DNA of 64,000 bases, from positions 496,001-560,000 of the forward strand of contig RDEW01000017.1 in NCBI GenBank assembly GCA_011109175.1, given 5' to 3'. Source of the stretch: Dicyema japonicum (taxonomy: Eukaryota > Animalia > Dicyemida). The notes beneath the pieces are model-generated. The model was not told the origin of the DNA. It was given only the letters and a program-made list of their open reading frames with translations, and made no database searches. Below, piece after piece: positions 1 through 10,149 of the stretch (positions are counted from its first letter, which is position 1; each line of letters starts with the position of its first letter). Made by a program: the position numbers and the translations under genes.

Positions 1-29
1 TTTAATTTTGATTAATGGCTCTCCTTTGT

Positions 30-432
30 AGACATAGGTGCAAGAGGGGCACGTCGCCACCTCAACAAAGTATCTTCTTACTAGGACTGAGCTGGCCAGC
101 GAGAATAAGCAAGGAATCACTAAATAAGAGATGTTGTATGGATCCACTGATTCTCGAAATTTTTAAGGCTATTTGGACATATCTTACGTATGGACTCGGG
201 TGCTCCAGCTAACATAGCAATGGAGGATTACTTCATGAGACAGGGAACGTGTTTTCGTGGACGCCGGCGTATTACACTACCAGAAACACTTGATGGAGAT
301 CTAAAGCTCGTGAAAAAAAGTCTAAGAAGTGGAGACGATCTGGACGAGTTGAGGAAACTATTTTACGATCGAGGAGGTTGGAAAAAGTTAGTTCGGAGGA
401 TTATTTTAAATTCTGCACGAGTGAAATTATAA
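30..432 (+). mobile_element. RTE-like LINE 3' fragment, preceded by an inverted copy of the family 5' head
   Basis: Frameshifted translation LGLSWPARISKESL..FGHILRMDSGAPANIAMEDYF..FRGRRRITLP..LRSGDDLDELR matches the C-terminus of the element at 26283-29243. Bases 50-69 (gcacgtcgccacctcaacaa) are the reverse complement of the family 5' end TGAGGTGGYGACGTGC. Confidence 0.8.
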
Positions 433-639
433 CTATGATTAAACCTGATGGGTCTTTGGTTCTTGAAGAACCGTCTAAATATACCACCAGGAAAGTCACA
501 TGTAACAACTTTTACCCCATCACGAAAAGAAATACGGGCAACACAGCAATAAAATTGTATGATTTTCCGATCCCTATTAAGAAGACTTTTTCAATCTTCT
601 CCTTTCATTCACTCATCAAGTGGACCTGGTAATCGCGAG

Positions 640-900
640 GATCCAAAAGAAATTTGGAATTCTCAAAGCTTTTACGTACTCTCTAGTATCTTCCCGCCCA
701 TAGTTAGAACTTAAATACAAACAATTTGTTCTACCGAGTATCAAGTACGCCTGTGCTGCGTGGATTGCCCCGACATCATTATCGGAGCCTATTTCCCCGA
801 GATTTCAGCTGTTATCTCTTGAAGACAAATTTTAAAGATTTTTGACTTTAGCTGAGACTGATCCATGGTGAGTATGTCAGTACGAAGTTGGAAGGGAAGA
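640..900 (+). mobile_element. Decayed I/Ingi/Jockey-type LINE RT C-terminal fragment
   Basis: KQFVLPSIKYACAAW resembles the post-RT YKQFIxPxxxYAxxxW motif, also seen at ~53140 (LYKQFIEPYISYACTSW). Confidence 0.5.
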
Positions 901-1227
901 AGCAATCGACACATGTAGTGTCCCAAGCCAAATATTTCTAACCTTTCCAAAAGAAAAATCATTTTGTCAAGTTTTTTGTTAATGCAGTCAAGTCCAAGGG
1001 GTTCCAAATGTACAGAATATCCAGCGACTTCAAGTCCTTCTGCGATAAGATAATTGACTATTTGTTAAGGTTTTCGATACAGCAAGAAACGTGAAGTATC
1101 ATATACGAATTTACATAGCATGCGTTCTACATCTTCTTCACATGTTTAAAAAACCAGAGAGTGTTTTAAAAACGTAGATCTTCTTATTTCTTCGATGAAA
1201 GCTGCCACTAAGAAAGAAGAGAAAATT

Positions 1228-1468
1228 TTGTTCCGATTGAAGGTTCCACGCATCTAAGATGCTTTGGATTGAAGAGTGACATCGTCATCGATGAAAATTT
1301 CACTGCAGAACCGAATCGTCTATAAAGGACTCACGCAACAAAAAAGTGAGGAGCATTCCTTGGTTCTCCTCTACGATTAGTTATCATACTTCTTTTTAAA
1401 TAAATGTGTTTTCCTGCCTGGGAGGAGCTATAGCTAATAGGCCCTATCTTAAAGTGCAGTATTATTAT
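1228..1468 (+). mobile_element. SINE family A, 5'-truncated copy
   Basis: Shares core gaaggttccacgcatc..gagtgac..gtctataaaggactcac..ccttggttct..ctacgattagtta and an aagtgcagtattatta tail with 7172-7497 and 47004-47332. Confidence 0.85.
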
Positions 1469-1559
1469 GGTAGCGTCTGCAAATTTCAGTTTTGTCCGTA
1501 ATTTTCTTAAATATTTAAAAATAATTTAAAATATAATTTTGTTGTCAAGACTACTACAA

Positions 1560-3116
1560 ATGGAGACCGATCTTTCATTCAAAAATATTTTAAAATTTAG
1601 AAATATAGAACAACTTGAAAAGCTAGTTGCCTCTGATGTGGACATAAACAAGTCTTGTGAAGGCCGGGAAAATTTTACTCCTCTTCATTGGGCGTGCTTT
1701 TATGGGAATTTAGAAGTTGGTCAATTTTAAATAAGCCAGGCCACTCACTATCTACTCTGGCATGGAGCAAATGTATTTGCGACTGCCTTCCGTGGCTGGA
1801 CTCCTCTTCACATTGTAGGGTTAAAGGGAACTAGCAAATGTGCTGAAGTAAGTCAAGAATGGTTTAATTTCCAAGTCTTTATTAAATTATGATGCGGATA
1901 TCAATGCTAAAGATTCACGTGGATGTACCCCCGCTCATCTGGCTGCGATTCATGGTCATTCGATTACCCTTTCAGGAATACTAAAGCAAGGAGCGGTAGA
2001 ATGAGTTCATTTATGACAGAAATGCAACATTAGAAATGAAAATGGATGGACACCTGTCCATGCCGCTTGTTTTCATGGTCGCCTTGGATGTCTTCAAGTT
2101 CTTTACAAATGTAAAGCCAATTTGGATGATTATGACAATCTCGGTAACACTCCTGGTAGAATTATTTGATGATCTTGCAGCTCATTTGTGTGCCTCTGAG
2201 GGTCACGTTGACTGTCTCAAATTTTTGGTGGCAAATTGCAGGAACATTGAAGAACTGCTTTCCGCGAAAAATGATCACGGTGAAAGTCCGTTGAATCTTG
2301 CTCAGCTATATTATAAAACTGATGTAGTCAATTACATTACCCGGGCTCAAGATGAACTTGTCCGGTCTGAAAGGCAGTCTGGTTGTGACGAAAATTTATT
2401 TTTGCAGTGTATTCTTATCCAGGTCACATAGCCGCATTCAACGGGGACTTGGATAAACTAAAAATGCTGATTGAAAACGAAACAATTGGTCTCCACGATG
2501 TCGACGAGAGTCACTCGACGTATGCTCACAAAGGTTCATCGATCGCTGGATTTAGAAACAGCTGTGTGTCAGGGACATGCACACGTGATCGAATGGTTAA
2601 TTAAGGCTGGTGCGGATCTAACAGCAAGGAATGATAAGAACGAAACCGCTGCGGAAGTGGCTTCAAAATTTGGGAAGGAAGATTGTCTAAGAATGCTGGA
2701 AGAGTGTTTAGGAATCGACTCAGGGTCCATGGCCGACCAAAATGTAGAGGAGATTACAGAAAGGTTCGCGAATCCAATGTGTAAGGGTTTCGATGACTCA
2801 AAATTAGCCAGGGCAAGGGTAAGGATTGATGAACTCACAAAACTTTTGGAAATTGCCAACAAGAACTACATACAGTTAGGAGGAATTCTTGAAGAGCCTC
2901 GAAGACAAGAACAAGAGAGGGAGATGGAAAAGTAAGCAAATACCTTAAATCAGATACATTTTGAATTTGAATAATAAATTGGAGGCTGAAAGAGTGAAAA
3001 GGGAAAAATTAGAGCAAAAATTAGACAAGTACAGAAAGGAGTTATTTATCCTTCGTAAAAAGACTCTCGAATGTGAACAAAAAGGGGCAACTAGAACTAC
3101 TCATAAAATTTATTGA
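1560..3116 (+). CDS. ANKRD42: Ankyrin repeat domain-containing protein 42 (multi-exon)
   Basis: Spliced via introns such as 1716-1739, 1848-1875, 1996-2019 and 2932-2953: FTPLHWACFYGNLE|ATHYLLWHGA..RGWTPLHI..DSRGCTPAHLAAIHGHSITL..HAACFHGRLGCLQ..EGHVDCLKFLV..NDHGESPLNLA, with a C-terminal coiled coil LEAERVKREKLE. These motifs match ANKRD42. Stop TGA 3114-3116. Confidence 0.88.
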
Positions 3117-3288
3117 TATTCTAAAAAAACTAATTTTGCTTCTGTTATAATTTTTTACTCAAAAGTATCAAAAAGATCCATTTGAGTCTGCCAAACTAAT
3201 AAAACCAAATTTTTTAAGATTCCAAAATATCAGCGAATAAAAAATCAAAAGGGATTTTTTTTTAATTTGAAATAAAAAATTATTTTTA

Positions 3289-3590
3289 TGAGGAACACAC
3301 GACACATCAGAAACCTAAAGTTCGAAACAGAGGAAGTATTAGAGTTCGAATCTCGCCCACTCTGTAAAAGATCTTGGGGGATGATCTTCCTGAATTTTTG
3401 TGTATATCTGTGATCGTTAAAATGACACTTCCTTTGTTCAGAACTTTGGGTTTCTTAGTCTCCTGATTTCCTCACATCTTCGGTGGTCACGGAAAGAAGG
3501 GAAACGTTGGCTTTTATCCATCATGAAGTAGACATTCTGTGCAAAAGAGGTAAGGCACCCCCTGAACCTTCCAACTTAGTCATATTTGAG
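3289..3590. other. Unexplained structured intergenic island (long imperfect fold-back); ncRNA candidate
   Basis: 3310-3323 gaaacctaaagttc pairs with 3441-3454 gaactttgggtttc; 3326-3337 with 3427-3438; 3306-3310 with 3463-3467; tgaggaa 3289-3295 with ttcctca 3468-3474. No convincing ORF; AT-rich flanks. Confidence 0.4.
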
Positions 3591-3747
3591 GAATTCAAAT
3601 GTAAAAAAGTTAAATTTGATTATTTTTGTTAAAGCGGACATAATTTATAATTCATTTCTCGTTAAAACAAGATATTTCCTAAAAAGTCAATTATCTTACG
3701 ATCTTTCTTAGTATAATGACTAATTTTACGATTTAATCTGCCAGAAT

Positions 3748-4540
3748 ATGTGGTACTTTAAACTCTGCTTTATTTTAAATTGCATTCTTCATTTGGTATT
3801 TTAAATCAAGTCAAATTTTAGTTTTTAACTTGTGGAGTTCTTTTTCTTGGAAAGATCATTTTTGATGACTACGTCCATGTCCTTAGTGGTACACTGAGTA
3901 GGAATGAAATTGCGACAATATTCTCAATGCTAACTTCCATCGGACTTATATCGATTCTGACAATCGCCATATCTCTTAGATTGATTCTGACTGAAAATAA
4001 GATAACTGGACTCAGAATTGCGGTTGTGTTGCTTGAATTACGTATTTAGTTTATAATTTTTACTTTGCTTACTGTTGCTTTGATGACTGGGTCTCTATTG
4101 CTCTGCAGTTTCTTCTACAAACCAGTTTGTTGTGAATGTAAATTTTCAGCATATTTCTGGTTTGGAAAAATTCACCAAAAAGTCTATGAGAGGTTATGAT
4201 ATTTACAATGCGACTGTAGATTATCTGCAAAACAAAGTACATCAGCAATTTGAAATTATAGTTCAAATGTTGTGGGATAGTGAAGGCTTCAGAGTTCACA
4301 ATTCTGAGGATCCCGTTATCATGTTGTGAAAATGAGCCGTGCACTCCATATAACGCGTATAAACAAGTTTGAGAACATTATTTTACTTAGGGATGCAATT
4401 CTCTTATGGCCGAGGATTATTTCTGGAAATTTAAAATATCGCTGATTGTAGCCTCCGTTTTCTGCGCCTGGCAGGTTTACGGTTAACAAAATTTGTAGAT
4501 AATCATGGGATTCGTCTCATGCTTCTTTCAAAATGACTAA
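3748..4540 (+). CDS. Tetraspanin (multi-exon)
   Basis: Spliced: hydrophobic N-terminal helices, then VDYLQNK|FKCCGIV..IPLSCCENEPC..YKQ|GC..ISLIVASVFCAWQ|IIMGFVSCFFQND*. CCG, PxSCC and GC motifs of the large extracellular loop. Start codon is approximate. Confidence 0.85.
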
Positions 4541-4639
4541 AATTCTATTCGCTTAATAATTTGTTTGGTTTTTAAAGAAAATTAAAATTTTATTTATTTT
4601 CTTGACTTCAGAAGTTGTTTACTGCGAATGGGGGTTAAT

Positions 4640-4910
4640 GTTGTCGCTCGTGTCGCAATTAGCTGTGGGTTGTGAACTTACCTGATCGAAAATATCCGTT
4701 CTAATCTCTGCCTTCGCGCCATGTGATCCAATTGTCTTAAAAAGGCCCAGTGTTTTGACAACATCCAAAAAAAGATCTATCTCTGTGGGGTCGAATATGG
4801 ATGGATGTGATACTTAGGATGCGTATCACTCCGATATTGAGAACTGTATATATCTTAATTAGGCGTTAATTAACTCTCTGTTATATTCGGGATTATTAAA
4901 GTAAAATAAG
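4640..4910 (+). repeat. Diverged copy of short element family B
   Basis: Retains catgtgatcca, cccagtg, aaaaaagatc and a cttaattag..cgggattattaaa tail in the same order as 41513-41853. Confidence 0.5.
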
Positions 4911-5153
4911 AGAAAAGATATTGTGATGATCTCCAATTTTTAGAAGTAGTTGATACCCTAGATCTCATGTCAATGTCAGAAGCATATCTCAAAGTCAACA
5001 TATAACCCTTAACATCTGTGATCCTCCAAATCCTTCAAATTTTGGGATTGACGATAGTTGGACCAGATCCTATGTGGATCAGACACTTTCTTATTTTCTC
5101 CTCTGTTTTTAGTTTTTAAAAATCGCAGTGTACTGTGTCAAGACCTTAAGACC

Positions 5154-5223
5154 TTGGTTTGAAGAACAGATTAAGGAGACAACGGAGATTGGTTTGAAGA
5201 ACAGATTAAGGAAACAACGGAAA
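5154..5223 (+). repeat. 35-bp tandem duplication
   Basis: ttggtttgaagaacagattaaggRacaacggaRa twice, with 2 mismatches. Confidence 0.9.
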
Positions 5224-5274
5224 CCTTAAATTTTGAACAAAGACGAATCAAATGACTGTAATAATTTTTATTTT

Positions 5275-5590
5275 TTTATTTACCCCTGTCCCTTCGAGTA
5301 AAAGAAGCCGCTGGCTAACAAGAACTTTACATCCAAAAGCGTACGCCCCCAGAGATCCGACAGGTATAATTGGTTCTGTGCATAAATTAGAGGTGGACCC
5401 GGACAAGAGGTGACTCTTCTCCTGGTCGTTAAAAAAACATGATGTGCATAGTAGAGAAGATGATTGTTCAATCCTGTATGATATGAATGTAGATCAGTGT
5501 GATAACCACAACGTGTATCCAAGACGCTCCTCTTTTATCAGAATTTGGGGAGGAGTGGGTTTTTTCCTCAATTTATGAGTTTTGGTGGCT
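5275..5590 (-). repeat. Short element family C copy
   Basis: Reverse complement gaggaaaaaacccactcctccccaaattctgataaaagaggagcgtc matches 36521-36570; ends aggggtaaataaaaaa. Confidence 0.55.
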
Positions 5591-5594
5591 TCTA

Positions 5595-5760
5595 AATAAT
5601 AAATTGTCCCAAAGATCAAGGGTAAAACCAAACAAAATCCTTGATCCTGATGCGTTCAAACAGAACCTTCACCCAATACCAGTGATCCAGAGGACGTTGT
5701 CCAGGGAACTGAGGTCAATTCCAAAACTCGTTGCCAGGGAATGAAACTGTCTCTTGGTGG
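5595..5760 (-). repeat. Short element family D, 3' part
   Basis: Aligns along its length with 45280-45440 (ccaaaga..aagggtaaaa..ccttgatc..gcgttc..cagaac..cagtgatcca..acgttgtcc..tgaggtc.attcca). Confidence 0.75.
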
Positions 5761-5799
5761 AATGAATAGCTGGATCCTTTTGAATAGCTGGATCCTCCA

Positions 5800-6440
5800 G
5801 TGTCAAGCTCTCTAGGGTCCGCTTTAATACAGTGGACTGTAGATAGGCCTGAGCTTCCTATCTACCCCCAACTGCTTCAGATAACCTTTGTGGTACTTTG
5901 TTGCAATTCCTTCCCATGTCATTACTATTGGAATAACGAGGACCTTGCAACCAAGCATCTGCCCCATCTCGTTTACAAGCAAGTCATACTTCCTTTTTGT
6001 TCTCCACCTCCATAGTCTGCAAACGGTTTTGAGACGTAGTGCCAACCTCTATGATAAGGACTTGGCCAGACTCCTTATCGTGTACCACAATGTCCGTTTT
6101 ATTGTGCTTGACTAGCACCGAGGTACGGATAACACTGTCTACTTTAATTTGTACCCTGGTGTTCTCTACTACAGATTGCACCTTATGAGTCCGTTACTTT
6201 CTGGTGTGGCGAATACCATACTTATTGCATAGTAGAATATGAAGAATCCTTACTACCTCGTTATACCTCCACACATAGTCGTGGCAAAGCATGGATCCAT
6301 CGAGTGGCTAAATGATCAACCGACATGCTCCTTGACTTACAGTGGGGACATGTATTTGTTGATCGCCCCCAAAAAATATTGCGGTCTTGCATATACGTAT
6401 ACAGCGCCTCCGATCGAGGTGAGTTGTCACCGTATTTTAG
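5800..6440 (-). mobile_element. R4/Dong-like non-LTR retrotransposon 3' fragment (restriction-like endonuclease)
   Basis: Decayed CCHC/RHNEV region, then VKHNKxDIVVHDKESGQVLIIEVG..KRKYDLL..IPIVMTWEG; closely similar to 58886-59533. Confidence 0.8.
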
Positions 6441-6539
6441 CCATATTGTCGACGACTTAAGGTCGAATGCTGGGGGTTGTCAAATGCTCTGAAGAGGACA
6501 ATTTGTAAGCAAAATAAAGAATTTAAAAAAATAAAATAT

Positions 6540-7046
6540 TTAAAGTAATTTCAAATGTCCCGTGTATTTGTCAATCCAATAGGAAGGAGCTATAATAATG
6601 TAAAGGACAAACCAGGGCCAATTCCTAAAGCCGTGAAGGTCCCAGTCTTCACTTGTGTCCGTCCAGCATCACAAATCAACGACTTAGTAAGACCACCTTC
6701 ACTCACAGATCTATTCAACTCTATTAGTTCTTCTTGACTCGTCACTTTCAGCACGATTTTAGGCTGACCGTCCAACTTCCAATCATTAAACAGGTTGATG
6801 CTTATGCGACTTAATTGCACATTCCACCGCAGCGTGTGCCACCTGAGCAGCGATTTTTCCCCTTTCCATTTTGAGATCAGTCCTTACTGCGATTACCATT
6901 TTGTATTGATTATACTCATCCTAGATGGGTTTAAAATTACTATTACTGTGCTAAAAGTACGCTGAGTTATTCTCAACTTTCTCATTATCAGTGAAGTCGA
7001 AATTCAATGAGGAAGGAACCTGAACAGACACAAAAGTAAACTTCAT
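6540..7046 (-). CDS. PTRH2: Peptidyl-tRNA hydrolase 2 (apparent frameshift near 6792; N-terminus uncertain)
   Basis: YKMVIAVRTDLKMERGKIAAQVAHAAV..W..GQPKIVLKV..ICDAGRTQV..T.LGIGP|APSYWIDKYTGHLKLL* is the PTH2 family signature. Confidence 0.9.
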
Positions 7047-7141
7047 ATATTGTATATTTAAATTTTAAATATAATCACATTTATTAAAAAATAATTAATT
7101 TAAAATAAAAAAACTTACAGTACACTATTTGACAAAACTTG

Positions 7142-7845
7142 ACAAAATTAATTAATTTGCCTCGTGGCGCCCGTAGTGCCTGGTGGCATAGTGGTTAGGT
7201 GTCGGGCTAAAGTGACTTAGGTTACGGGTTCAATTCTCGCTGCTGTTCACCTGGTGGAAGGTTCCACGCATCTACGATGCTAAAAAGGCTTGACGAGTGA
7301 CGCCGTCATCAGTGGACTCTCACTGCGGAACTGGATTGTCTATAAAGGACTCACACACAAGAAAAAGAAAATAGAAGTGAAAATCATTCCTTGGTTCTAC
7401 GATTAGTTAAAATTAACTGTTCTTTACTTAAATAAAGTCTGTGTCTTGCCTATGCGTAGCTAATACCACGGCTCCGTGAAAAAGGCTGTTATTATTATTG
7501 CCTCGTGGCGCCATGTGGTGCTGCGTGGCTAATTGGTTGAAGTTTTCTGTTTTGTTTGTCTGTTTCTCTTCCCTCTTCCTATTAGAGTGACGTCATGTGA
7601 TCCATGTCATGTTCCACTTATCTAGGTGGCGTTCAGTGCCTGGCTGGCACGAAAAAAGATCATTTGCTCTCCCCCACTCCACTGGAGGGGTTTCCACAGC
7701 TGAATGTATGGACGTCTATTACCCATTATGTTGATTTCGGATGAACTCTGTTTCTGTAGAAGTGGAAACTGGATACACTTAATTAGTTGTTTACTTTAAC
7801 TTCCTTCTCGGTGTATCCGAGGTTAATAAATTAAAATTAAATTAA
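7142..7845 (+). mobile_element. Short element family B, full length, interrupted by SINE A
   Basis: Matches 41513-41853 once 7172-7512 is removed; flanked by 13-bp direct repeat ttgacaaaacttg (7129-7141, 7846-7858). Confidence 0.85.
7172..7497 (+). mobile_element. tRNA-derived SINE family A, full length
   Basis: A-box tggcatagtgg, B-box ggttcaattctc, conserved core, (TAT)n tail, and 15-bp TSD ttgcctcgtggcgcc (7157-7171, 7498-7512). Confidence 0.9.
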
Positions 7846-7885
7846 TTGACAAAACTTGTGGTTTATTTTAACTTAACGTAAGATN

Positions 7886-8140
7886 AGGACCATTTCATGT
7901 TCAAGGGCAAATGCTTCCGTGGCAGACCAAGGATGACCCTACCTATCATGCTGCACAAAGACCTCCAAAGGATAAAGAAATGCCTAAAGACGGGAGACGA
8001 TCTGGACATGCTGAGATCGACTGCGTGTAACCGTGGAGGATGGAAGAGGCTAACTAATAACATTGTTTCTGGTATTGCACATGCTTTGCTATAACTATTA
8101 TGGCAAGGCGATAAGTGCTGTAATAATAATAATAATTATA
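7886..8140 (+). mobile_element. RTE-like LINE 3' fragment
   Basis: CFRGRPRMTLP..LKTGDDLDMLR..NRGGWKRL followed by aagtgctg(taa)n tail; an N at 7885 precedes it. Confidence 0.8.
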
Positions 8141-8460
8141 AGATCACTCTACACGCAATACGTACAACCGACGATCATCTATGGCTGTTCTGTATTGGGG
8201 ACAAACCTGTCCAATGGGAATCTAAAGAAGATCAACGTTTTTGAAGCAACCGTCACTAGGTCTCTATGAAGGTTCTCCTCATTGCTGCTAAGATCAACTC
8301 CTTTCGAGGCACTTGTGAGAAGAATGGGAGCTCTATTGACACCTCCAAAATTTCCAAAAAACTCGTGCATACAGTAGGTGCGTCGGATCTCGCGAAAAAT
8401 ACTGAGTAAAGGTGAGATGGCTGCTTATGGATGCCGGGATCATCTGATCATTCATGATCT
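8140..8460 (+). mobile_element. Decayed I/Ingi-type LINE 3' fragment
   Basis: LYTQYVQPTIIYGCSVLGTNLS resembles ~53140-53210; ends gatgccgggatcatct, like the shared family tail. Confidence 0.5.
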
Positions 8461-8719
8461 AGCTAAAAGTTGAGGAAAATTTGCTCTAAGAGGCAGCAAC
8501 GTTCGTGAAGACATGATTTTTACTGAACAAAAAAGGTCGGATGTAGCAAGAGTGATGAAGAGAACGGTCTCGTGAGTGCATTCCGAAGTCATCGAGAAGA
8601 ATATTGCATGTTTTTTTAGCGAAGTCTTAGATCTCTGACTTGTATATTTGAGTACGAGAGAATGTGACATTTTTAAAAACTCCAAATCCCATAGTCCCTT
8701 ATATATTTACTGTTTTTCG

Positions 8720-9092
8720 TCTTAGTGAGCTTTCGCTTCTCTACGATTGTCAGATTATCCTACTGGTTGTGACCTGGGATGGAGTTGTCTCGAAATGCTT
8801 CAAAAACTGTATGGATAAGCTATCTGTTGTCGAAGCAACGAGAACTGACATTCAGTCAGTTGTGTTGAAAAAGACTCTCGAAAACATGCTAATTGAACAC
8901 AAACAAGGGATGAAGGTTTCTGAGGAAAAGTATACCTCTGCTACCTCTCAACTTGTTGAACTGCCATGCCGTGAGGACAGCCACTGGAACAGAGATATTT
9001 CGACTGAATCTGATGTGGAGATGGGAAATAACAAGGAGTTGATGGCACACTTTTCTAAGAGAAGGAGAGGGATTACCAGCAATCCGGATTAA
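8720..9092 (+). mobile_element. Diverged R4/Dong-like 3' fragment
   Basis: ELSLLYDCQIILLVVTWDGVVSKCFK..IQSVVLKKTLE is homologous to the 59030-59488 ORF. Confidence 0.7.
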
Positions 9093-10149
9093 AATTCGCT
9101 TAATTAGATAATTTCGTTAATTTTTTTCAATGAGATTAATGTTTACTTTCGCGGAAATAACTGAGATTAAAGTATTAAACTTGATCGATAAAATATAGAA
9201 TCGTCAGATACACTATCTATAGGTTTGATTCTCGACTGGGAAGGAGTTCAAGAAACTTAGGCAACTCTGCTAAGGAAACAAAGGAGTTATTCGTTTGTGG
9301 TTGTCATTTAATGGAATTGAAAGTAATTTTTCTTGCAGTTTAATCTATCCAGGTTAAAGCCGAGACATCACCCTTAAAACTTGTTCTAGGTAAATTCATC
9401 ACCATTACGTATAGACCTACCCACGTGGTCCATATCATTGAGTAATTACCGGCGATGTAATTTCCAGCGGTGAATTTAACATTTACCCTTAAAACCAACA
9501 ACGGTCACAATAGTCTCAGAGTCGTGCGCAATCACATTTTTGATTCAATTGACGACTCCTTTTCAATATTCGCAGCCGCTCCAGAAGTTTCAAAGGAATT
9601 TGTGACGAATGGAGAACGGTCCACTAAAATGAAACTTGAATTGGACTACTAAAACTAACGGCTTAATATTTTAATGAATCAAATCAATTTAAAATGCCTC
9701 AGCTTCCAACAAAAAGTGAGGATTTCCAAGGATACTTATTGTCATTTCTAGACATTATTTTGTACAAGAGTTATTTGAAATTCAATTTATTTAAAAGAAA
9801 CAATCAACCGAGGGTCATAGTAGCCGTCCTGACTGCGTAACAATCCTATCTCTGGATGGCGAGCGGGATTCGCTCAAATAGCCAGAAGCACTCACGATGA
9901 TCTCATATGCGCGTAGAAATCCTATTTCCTTGGAATTCCAGCGTCAAAGGCGCAAGGGACCCGGGTATTTCAACTGCGAATGGAACAAAGAATTGTTCTA
10001 TTACAAAATTCAATGTCACCGCACAAACTCACAAATAATTCCGTAAGGTATTCCATGATAGGGGGACATTTATGTTCTCCGTAGTAACGAGTGGACGTCT
10101 TTTTCGACGATCTCAATAATTAGTTTATTACATAGGATAAATTATTCAA

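Noticed and set aside
2569-2862. Antisense ORFs in the track (also 32129-32443, 54110-54481, 61421-61744 and others)
   Set aside because: Shadows of real exons or TE ORFs on the opposite strand.
5154-5223. CRISPR-like repeat
   Set aside because: Two adjacent units without spacers, a eukaryotic context and no cas genes.
7172-7245. tRNA gene
   Set aside because: A and B boxes are present but there is no complete cloverleaf; it is the head of a SINE with a TSD.
7270-7350. Hammerhead-like UUGACGAG..CGGAAC..GUC in the SINE A core
   Set aside because: Two invariant core positions differ, and ggaac is better explained by pairing with upstream gttcc.
7735-7830. Hammerhead-like CGGAUGA..GAAAC..stem in family B
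   Set aside because: Core is not CUGANGA in either full copy (cggatga, cggatgg) and there is no properly placed NUH or stem I.
9150-9760. Possible small minus-strand gene
   Set aside because: Could not assemble a consistent spliced ORF or recognise a domain.
9820-9885. HDV-like ribozyme upstream of the Jockey-like LINE (gccgtcc/ggatggc, gagcg/cgctc)
   Set aside because: P1- and P4-like stems exist, but I could not form P2, P3 or P1.1.
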